Of a stretch of DNA of 60,952 bases, positions 52,415 to 60,952 are shown one piece after another. A program made the translations under genes and the position numbers. Below the pieces are notes generated by a model. The model worked only from the letters and a program-made list of their open reading frames with translations. It did no database searches and was not told the origin of the DNA. Positions within the stretch are counted from its first letter, which is position 1. Each line of letters starts with the position of its first letter. Origin of the DNA: Spirogloea muscicola (taxonomy: Eukaryota); the NCBI GenBank assembly GCA_009602725.1, contig WELB01000023.1, forward strand, positions 501,369-562,320. Direction: 5' to 3'.

Positions 52415-55400
52415 GTGGACGGAGGGGAGCCCTTGGCCGGGGCGGCGGCGGCGGCGGCGGCGGCGACGGCGGCGGCGGCGGGCGGCGGCGGCGGCAGCTT
52501 CACGCTGGTGCAGGACAAGAGCCTCCTGGCGCCGGTGAGCTCCTCGCTGCTGGTCCCCCGGACTTCAAGACCGCCGGCTGCGCCTGCAGCGGACGCTGGC
52601 GAGGTCCTGACTGGCGCCGCGCTCTCTCGCCTTGCAGGCTTGCCTCGCCGAGTGGCACCCCGACAAGGACCTCCTGGCGCTGGTGGCGGGCGACGGGACG
52701 CTGGCGGTGTATCGGCCCCTCTCATGGCAGCGCCTCTGGTCCCTGCACCCGGGTGCGCCTCCTCCGCGGCCGTGGGATGACTGTCGTCGCTCGCTGCGGC
52801 CAGCACCGCGCATGCATTGCCGACACTCCGATGCGGGAAAGATAAAATTCCATGAATTTGTGCTACATACGTGCTACTTGTGGCCTCCTTGGTCATGGCT
52901 GCCCATGCTGGGGCGCGCGTCCGCCTACATTGCCAGCTCTCTCTGACAGTCGATCTTATGCCTGCCCCGCCACATGCCCTCGCTTGCAGAGAGCCGGGTG
53001 AGTGCCATCTGTTGGGGCCCGGGCGGGCGGACCCTGGCGGTCGGCCATGACGACGGCACCATCACACTGCACCTGGTCGAAGTACGTACAACGCTCTCTC
53101 TCTCTCATGTTCCCCTGCGTCCGCCACTCTGATTAGCTCGCTGCTTACACTGATGCTTACCACATTACTTCCGCCCTTACTTGGCGCTTGGTGCGTGTAG
53201 GATGGTACCGTCCTCAGGACGTCCACAGTGCATAGGAGAAGGGTCGAGTGCCTGCACTGGGTCGAGGGTGCAGCGGCTGATCAGGTGCAACGCTCGCCAC
53301 CTCAGTCAGCCACCAATTTTTCTGGCAGCAATGGGGTGCTATGAAATCTGTTATCTGGAGTGTACGTCATGTCTGAGTGCTCATCAACTGCGTTTCATGA
53401 CTCGAAGTACGAGCAGGTCGTCAATCTTATGTCAAGGCAAGCAGAAAATGTTAGGCAGCTTGGATTTGTGCCCTGGCCTGGGGGTGGGGGTTTAGCAGGG
53501 CTCTGACAACATACGCTCTGTCACCTCAGGAACATATGGAAGACCTGCTGGACTTTAGGGGCAGGACCAAGCGCCTCCTCCCGCCGCCACCGCCGCTCCC
53601 ATCGATGCTGGGCAGCAATTCTTCCTCAGTATTCGAGGCCCTGCGAGGAGCCGCCGATGAGGGGAGGCAGCAGGACATGGACGACCCTACGCCCGCGTCA
53701 GAGCACCTGGACGTGCTGTGCAGCTGCGACTCAGATTGCAACATTGTTCTGAGCGCCTCCGGCATTGTGGCCCTTGGTCAGATTGTAGGCCTTCCCATCT
53801 TCATCAGCGCAAGACCCTGTGAAGAAGCTGCTCCTTTTGGAGTCATAGCGCAAGCGTGTCATTGCATGGGACCTCATGTTCCCGTATATATATGGATATG
53901 AATGACTTACACTTGATATGATTTGTCATTACAGCACTGATGGCTCTCCTCTGTGTCTTGTGGGCAGTCTTTGAGGAAGCTTGAAGCTCAAGGACAAAAG
54001 ACTCAGGACCCTGTCGGGTCACTGCAGCAGCCAAGCTTAGAGGAGGCTACAGTGTCAAAGGTGTGCACTTCAAAGCGGCTGCACTCTCTTCCAAATGTGA
54101 ACAAATAGTACACACAGAAGTCATATGAACCAAGACAAACATAACAACCAGAAGTATTATGTGAGATACTTTCTGTAATTTCAAGCAAACACCAGTGAGA
54201 GACTTAGTGGTAGAGAGTACTGGATTGCAGCAGCCTTCTGCTAGCACAGTCAGTCTCTGCTGGTAAGGGCAAGTTCAGCAGCCCATTTTGATGGCACTCA
54301 GTACTGCCTATATTTGCAGGTGATGCTGGCACCTGATCTCAAAACTCTCACAGCAATCTGCAAGGGCCCCATCTCGCCCGACGGGAAGCCTTTGCAGCAG
54401 CTTTTCTCCCTTGCCGTGGACACTGCAGTCCTTGGGACTGGGTATTCATCCGCGTGTCCTTATACTATCTTGTCAGGCTAATAATAAATAACAAGATTAC
54501 TTTGCATCTCTCGTACAAACAAGTAGTCCTCTGTCTTGTTTTTGTTTCTGGTCATTCACCTGCTTATACAAGTTTGTACTCTGTTTGCAGTGCTCCATCC
54601 TTCCACCAGGTGGCGATGCAGATTGCCATTATCAAGGACCTCCTTGAAGTGGCTCAAAATTCACTCGAAGCCATGGCCAAGCACTGGACAGATGCTTCCA
54701 GAGCTTTTCAGGACAAGATGCAGGTCTATCAGCGTGTCCTCAGCGACCATGGTAAAATCCACCTCACCAACTCGAGTTGTACTGTGATGCTAGCCAGTAC
54801 CTCATATGCGCTCTGCGGCTTGTTGTGACTACACAAGGTCTGGTGATGACCAAAGGGAGATATTAGCACAACATCTCTTGCAAGGCATTATCGTACTGAT
54901 TGCTTTGTCCACTTGTCGTTCACTATTCCGCAGGAAGCGATCTCAGTCCAAGAGAAGAGCTGCTCTCTGTCTTGGCTTGCGGTCCTGCAAGTGGAGCTTC
55001 CCAGCTCTTCCTGACTTCCTCTCTTGGCGAACCGGTATGGAATCTTCGTCTAGCACACTGTGGCACTCAGTACTTGAATATCCACTGACACAAACATGCA
55101 GTGCCTGAGCTTGTGGCAATCATTGGTGCGAATGCAATTCATGTGTAATCTAGCTTTGCTATCATCAAGCGTGTGCTTATTTAGCTGCTAGAGTTCATGT
55201 ACTGAGCACAATATAAATAGCACAGCCGACAGCATTTAGGAGGCATGCCCAAAGTGTTCGAGCATGCTGCTATGAGGTGCTATCCTAGGTGTTATAACAA
55301 AAGGCAGCTATCTTGTGCAGGGTCTGAAGCGCTTGGCAAAGACTTTAGACAGTGCCGCCAGCCAAGTGCATACCCTGCTGGTGGATTATCTCCAGGTAAG

Positions 55401-58117
55401 TTGCTGTGAAGCTAGTACTATTTGATTGTTAAAGGTACTTGTGTGTCAAACCTCGTACTGCTAACATATAAGAAGGACCCTTCAAAATTAATATGCCGAG
55501 TCTCCAGCAGGCTAGTTGGTCAACAAGGTTAATGGGCTTGAAGCTCAACAATGTTCGAAATTCAATTATGCTTGATGTGAGGAGATCTACATCACTTGTT
55601 CTTGCAGCCAGCGGTGGAGAATGTGCTTTTCCGTCTAGGCGAGGTCCGCGGCCTCGCAAGGTGGAAGTCTCAAGCTGCACTTCTTGGCCTCACTGAAGAC
55701 TTGGTAGAGCTGGCGCTGGAGAGAGCCGGCATGGTCATTGTACAATCTGAACGAGTCCTGCGCTCCTCTTCTGATCTCGCTGTCCAGGTAGGCTATTTCA
55801 TCTGTATCCTTCATGGCATTTCTTTGAGGCAGACAGCAAGTCTTGATCATTAGTACTCAGCATTCTGAGGTTGATTGTCAGCCATCTGCATTTGATGGAA
55901 CCGTTGGTGTATTTGGCGCGCTTGGTGCTGCTATGTCAGTACTCTCACTTGCGGCCGTCGTTGCCGCAGCATCGCATGTTCTTTGTTTGGCTCCTGAAGC
56001 TCGTGCGGCAGATCAATGGCGAGACGCTTCCGCCTCCCGAGCCCCTCCCACCTACAGACACGTAACTTCCATGAGCCTATCTCGTGATGCACTCTGGTGC
56101 ACCTCACATATCTTAAAGCAGATTGCGAGTAGTCATTCACCTTCTGCTGAGTGTGCTTGACAGCATGCCTTGTCTGCAGTGGGATCAATAGGACCACTCT
56201 ACCCAACGTTCTGGACCCTGCTTGCTTTTGTGTTGTTGTTATGCATGCTCCGGTAGGAGCCTTTGGCTTTGGCAAGAGAGGCAGATTCATCTGCCGGAAG
56301 CTGTCTGCTCTTTGCAGGTCAGCAATAGCAGGGTTCTTGGAGAGCTGCTTCGAAGCTGATCCGGTCAGTCCTCACGTGGATTCCACTGGAACGGCGAAGG
56401 TACTCATGACACGGTAAGCACAAAAAGCCAGTCTTAAAAGTGTCGCAAATATGCTCATGTTCATCAACCTGATGTTGTTACGGCGACCAGGAGATGTCGC
56501 TTTCAGAAAGCTATGTGTCGGCTGGTATTATCTCGCAGCAAGGAGGAGGAGATTGCTGAGGAGTTGGTCAAGATGGGCGGTTTCAAGGACACAGTGTTCT
56601 TGGCCCGACCACTGCACAAGCTTCTCACCGAGCTGTGTGCAAGGTGAGGTCTTGCATTGCCCATACTCGTCGCTAGTCAGTTAAGAGGCAGTGTGCCCGA
56701 TTCACTCACGGCGTTGTACTGAGCAGGTTCTTAATACCTGATTTTTCACGTTTGTTAGCAGACGCTGAATTTCTGCCTCTTGCTTGCTGCCAGCTGCAAC
56801 ATCTTGTTTGGCCTGCCGTCAATGGCCCTATCCCCCACGTTTCGGACCCTGCGGATGGTGCAGCTGACTCATGCTGGCACCAAGCTTGCAATTCCTCACG
56901 CCTGTGCCGAGGTCACCAGCATTTCTCCAGAGGTGACTTCCTGGCACAAGTGAAGCTTGCTTTCTTTTGCAAGCAAGTCAAGAGAAAAGAGGAAGGCCTC
57001 AAGGCAAGATGAACTTCCTGAGAGACTTTGCATGCCATTCATCCTCTGTCTGAGTTGCTCAGCTAGTGCATATACACATTCTCCTATCACAGGTGGACAC
57101 AGCGCGACATGAGTCAGCTTCTATTTCGAGTACCGTGCTCGCCTTCCAGGCCGATGCCAACACCTCTGCAGGGTCCTCAGGACGCGCCTCCATTGGCCTG
57201 CTGCATAGCAAAAGGCATGGCTCCATCTCGGAGGAAAAAGGGCTGCTCCTCAGACTAACGGAAGGCCTAGGACTCATTGACCTCGCGGTTTACAAGGTAA
57301 GAGACCTTCAGCAAGCTAGACATGTTGCTTACAAAGGGAGGAAATCCTTCTACAGCGCGCTCAGTTTGCTGGTCTGCTACCAGTCTGTCCATGTATGAAA
57401 TGAACTTGGTAACAAGCCAAGATGCGTGCTAAACGTGCAGGATGGGGCGCTTGCCTTGCTGCTGGCCGAGCAGGGCACGCTACCGAGTTTGCTGCTATTG
57501 CCGTGTCGAGACCTGCCTCTGCAGTTGATGCCACCTAGCTTCATTGATGGTGCCCTCTCCAACAGTCTTGCTGAAGCATTGTTGCAGCAGGCAAGCAATC
57601 CCTTTATGCACCACGCACTGGCTGCACCCTTCTGCGTGACGGTATGTTGTTGGCTACGAGCCATCCAGTGCTCTACATGCACCACTTGATACCACAGCAA
57701 TGACCTTTGTGGCTGTGTATGGTACTCATGCAGGGAGCAGTTTTTGAGATCGACTCAGCAGCATTGAGAAGGCGTCTACTCCCATACCAGCAATCTGCAG
57801 CTCCTCTGGCACTCAGCGGTGAGCAGGGCTGCAGTCATACTCTGTACTTCTTTGGAAGTACAGAGCTTCACTGGTGGATGCAGTAACACTACCACCTTCT
57901 TGAGGGTGCTCAAGATCACGCCACAACAGGCAGCAGATGCTTGTCACTTGCAATCTGCTTCACCTCGTGATCTGGGGCTGTTTGTGAGATCCACTGTACT
58001 GACCCCTTCTTGTGTGCAGCACAACGAGGGCTCGCGTGCGTATTTGCGGGCCGGAAGAGAGTGCTTGTCCTGGACCTCGAGGAGGACGAAGGGGCCAGGG
58101 ATGATGACATGGAGTAG
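52415..58117 (+). CDS. APC4: Anaphase-promoting complex subunit 4 (start codon not resolved)
   Basis: [109 protein letters not shown]..*. Confidence 0.92.
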
Positions 58118-58384
58118 TCCAGTAGTCAAGGCTTCTGGCAACCATAATAATGTGCCTTTTGTGGGTGAAAATCTGTGGCTTCCATGTAGCGAGCTTCACA
58201 GTCCAATGTCATCTCGCCAACAAAGTGTTGCACTTACAACGGCTTGTGACTTGCCCAGCGGCCATTGCTTGCTCAATTATAAATGAAAGAATGTCCCAAT
58301 GGTTGCCATCGGCAGTACTAGGTGGAGTGCATAAATAGATGTCCACTGCTTTGCCACTGACTGCGCTGTGGGCTGATCAACGAG

Positions 58385-60952
58385 TCACTTCTTGGCCAGG
58401 GTGATTGTGAGGCTTGGGCCTTGGAATCTGGCCCCGACAACCTTGCCCCGCATGCCGGCAGGAATGGCGATGCTCCGCCGCTGGTCGCCAACCTCCACCA
58501 GGAGCTCCGATCCTCCTCTCCACTGTGTGCATGTCAGCAGCAATGCACGCATATCACTCATTGAGACTTCTTCATGTACATATGAGCTATCCTCAGAGAG
58601 TCCTTTCGTTGAATCAAAAGAAAATTTGGTGCGGCGAGAAAGTGTCCAGCTTGTACCTGGGAGAGCTTCACCTCCGACTTGTCAAAGCCGGGGAGGAAGA
58701 GCACCACAGTACCAGTCGCCGGGTCTATGGCTGTGGCCGGCGGGATGGCGTCCAGGCCCGACCCGGTCAGCATGTCGGCGGCTGGGGCAAGATGCCTCAC
58801 GGCTGCTGCCCAGTCGACCTGCCCACCGTGGGCCACCAGCTCCGGTAGAGGAACCAGCTGCAGTGGCATGAACGCGCTCTGAAGTGCCGGATCAGGCAAT
58901 GCAGCCTTGTGGCTTGGAGTGAGGAGTGCTCCAGCCACAAACATGCCTGCACCTCGACAAATGGCAGCATGTGATGTCTATGAAGTCGACTTGAATGAAA
59001 TGAAACTGGTGGCAGGTGGCAAAAAGATTCTGTGCTCTTCACTCCTCTTTGGGCTGGTGAAAATTGCGGTCAAATAGAGGTCCAAGCGGTAGGATTCAAT
59101 AGTGGTTATTACTAAATCTGGTAGTACAAATATCAGACTGAACATATTCCTACACCTCTCTCCTTAACATGGTCAGGAATTGTGCATGTGCTCGTAGAAA
59201 AGTATCGATACTTTGTTGTCAAAGAATCCGAAACCAATCTCAGCAGGTATAAGCATCTGGGTTGCGTGACCTGCATGCAGGGCACCGCCCCAGAGGCGTA
59301 GCGCCGTCTTCATGGACGCGGCCTCGGCTGTCGTCACCAGGAGCCCCGCAAAGCTCTTGGAGCTGGAAAAGGAGTTGGCGGCGTTCTGAAGAAACAGCAG
59401 TGCAAGATACTTGCATCGTGTCATGATCTCGCATCGTTGGCACGATGACCTCCGAGCCGGCCTGCCAATCCCTGTAGTTGCTTGGCCCAGCAACACCTTT
59501 GGCTATGCGTCAACATCTGCGGCAAGGGATAGGCAGCATACCGTAAAGAGCTGGTCGACGCCCTCCCAGATCTCGGCGGTTGTACGCTCTGGCCGGTCTG
59601 AGCTTCCGCTCCTCTTGACTGCGCTCTCAGCCAGCCGCGCAATGCTGGGTAGCGCCACGCGGCCTGCATCCGTCTTCTCTGCCGCACTTTTTGCCCTCCT
59701 TAGATACCACCTGCTCAGGCTTGAGCCAGATGCCACTAAGGCTTTGGCGGTGGGAGTATTTGGGTTTGTGAAGATGGTGCTGACTGTAGAGCCTATCCGG
59801 AATAATTCTGATAGCCTGCTCCGCCATGTCATGGTCCAGCTGACGTCCAGCCTCCACGCAACCAAGCACTAAGTGGAATGACCGACACAGCGACGTCGTG
59901 CCACCTCCTGCAATGTTATCACAATCCTGTCATGGTGGTGGTGCCTCTGCAGGAGGAGAAGGGCCCCACCTGGTCCGCTCGGGCGCACCGAAGATGCGCA
60001 GCACCTCGCTGCTACTCGGCCCGTCGAAGACGACGATGTCGAATGCCTCCTCGCCGCTGCCGTCTCCAGGGCTCAGCATGCCGCCTGTTGGACGGGCCAA
60101 GCGCTCCAGGGTGGCCACGGCGAGCAGCGAGTCCATGCCGGGCAGCACGCTGAGCTCCTCGCCCATGAGCTGCCCAGCCAAGGCCAGCATGAGTAACCAG
60201 AGACACGACGTTCGCGGGCAGTCTCACTCGCTACTTGCAAGTCCCACGTTTGAGCACCACGGTGTGCCTGTCCCAACAGGCGGCCGCAACGGCGAGAAGC
60301 GTTGCCAAACGGGCCATGACAAGCGAAGGCCCTGGGCGCCATTCTCGACACATCCTGGCACTGCTGCGATGGACTTGGCGCAGCAGCGAGGCCTCCAGAC
60401 CTCAGACTTTTGGCAAGGGTATGAGCCGAGGTACAGGTGTCCAAGCAGGTGGGCTCACTGTCCAAGTCTGGCAGTAAGTCTGCCTTTAAGATCCCCAAGG
60501 ACGAAAGCCTTAGTCACACGAGAGTGGCCGGCAGCCCAGCCTCACCTCGTCGAGCGCGCCCTGGCTGAACCCCGTGCGCTTGTCGGCCGCCTTCACCGCC
60601 GCCAGCGGCTCCAGCAGCAGCAGCTGCAAGAGCGCACGAGACCCGCGCTAGAGCGCTTCAACTGGACGCTGTTGTCAAAGCCAAGCCCATGGGCAAGCCG
60701 GGAGGCGAGCTCGGGAGGCGCGTCCTGGCCTGCCGCTTGTTGAATGAAGGCATGAAGCCAGGATCGGTAGGAATCAGGGTTTAGGATTTAGGGGTTTGGG
60801 GGTTCAGGGCTTAGGTCTCGAAAATTCAAGATTTAGTCGCTGCCCGCCGCTGGCGGCGGCCCTGGCGCGCACCTTGGTGGTCTCCAGGCGGACGGCGCTG
60901 AGGTTGGCCGCGCCGGCCACCGGCGCCGGCGCCCCGGCGGCGGTGCCGAGCC
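58385..60952 (-). CDS. GET3d: Plastid ArsA/GET3d-type ATPase with C-terminal HSP20-like domain (partial, continues beyond the window)
   Basis: NLSAVRLETTK, GEELSVLPGMDSLL, FDIVVFDGPSS, AEKTDAGRVALPS, FLPGFDKSEVKLSQ|WRGGSELLVEVGDQRRSI. Confidence 0.9.
60775..60815 (+). repeat. Degenerate TTTAGGG-like (telomere-type) intronic repeats
   Basis: CAGGG TTTAGGA TTTAGGGG TTTGGGGG TTCAGGG CTTAGG. Confidence 0.45.

Overview
Gene-dense eukaryotic nuclear DNA with short spliceosomal introns, most likely from a streptophyte green alga (inferred from plant-type genes such as TOM2B, DUF707, PPR and GET3d alongside MMAA, which angiosperms lack). It is a draft assembly with N gaps, single-N joins and homopolymer fill. 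Thirteen intron-containing genes can be traced: MMAA/MeaB GTPase (+), DNA topoisomerase II (-), P-type PPR (+), DUF707 (-), ABC1/UbiB kinase (+), a conserved plant protein of unknown function (+), a 4-intron histone H2A (-), TOM2B (-), Rab GGTase alpha (+), a secreted LRR protein (+), an O-fucosyltransferase-family protein (-), APC4 (+) and GET3d/ArsA-HSP20 (-, runs off the window). The larger intergenic spaces (about 0.5-1.5, 29.4-30.7, 36.2-37.0 and 50.2-52.3 kb) hold nests of 3'-end fragments of diverged non-LTR retrotransposons with a restriction-like endonuclease (CRE-like). They share a C-terminus SDLxxL(T/S)RGY*, a 3' GGGCTG..CAGCCC hairpin and a TTC/TTCT tail. They are stacked head-to-tail, with tails repeatedly joined just upstream of the next copy's last codons, and one copy has a reiterated 3' terminus. 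This is the most unusual system in the window. All gene models and family calls were made by eye; no database searches were run.
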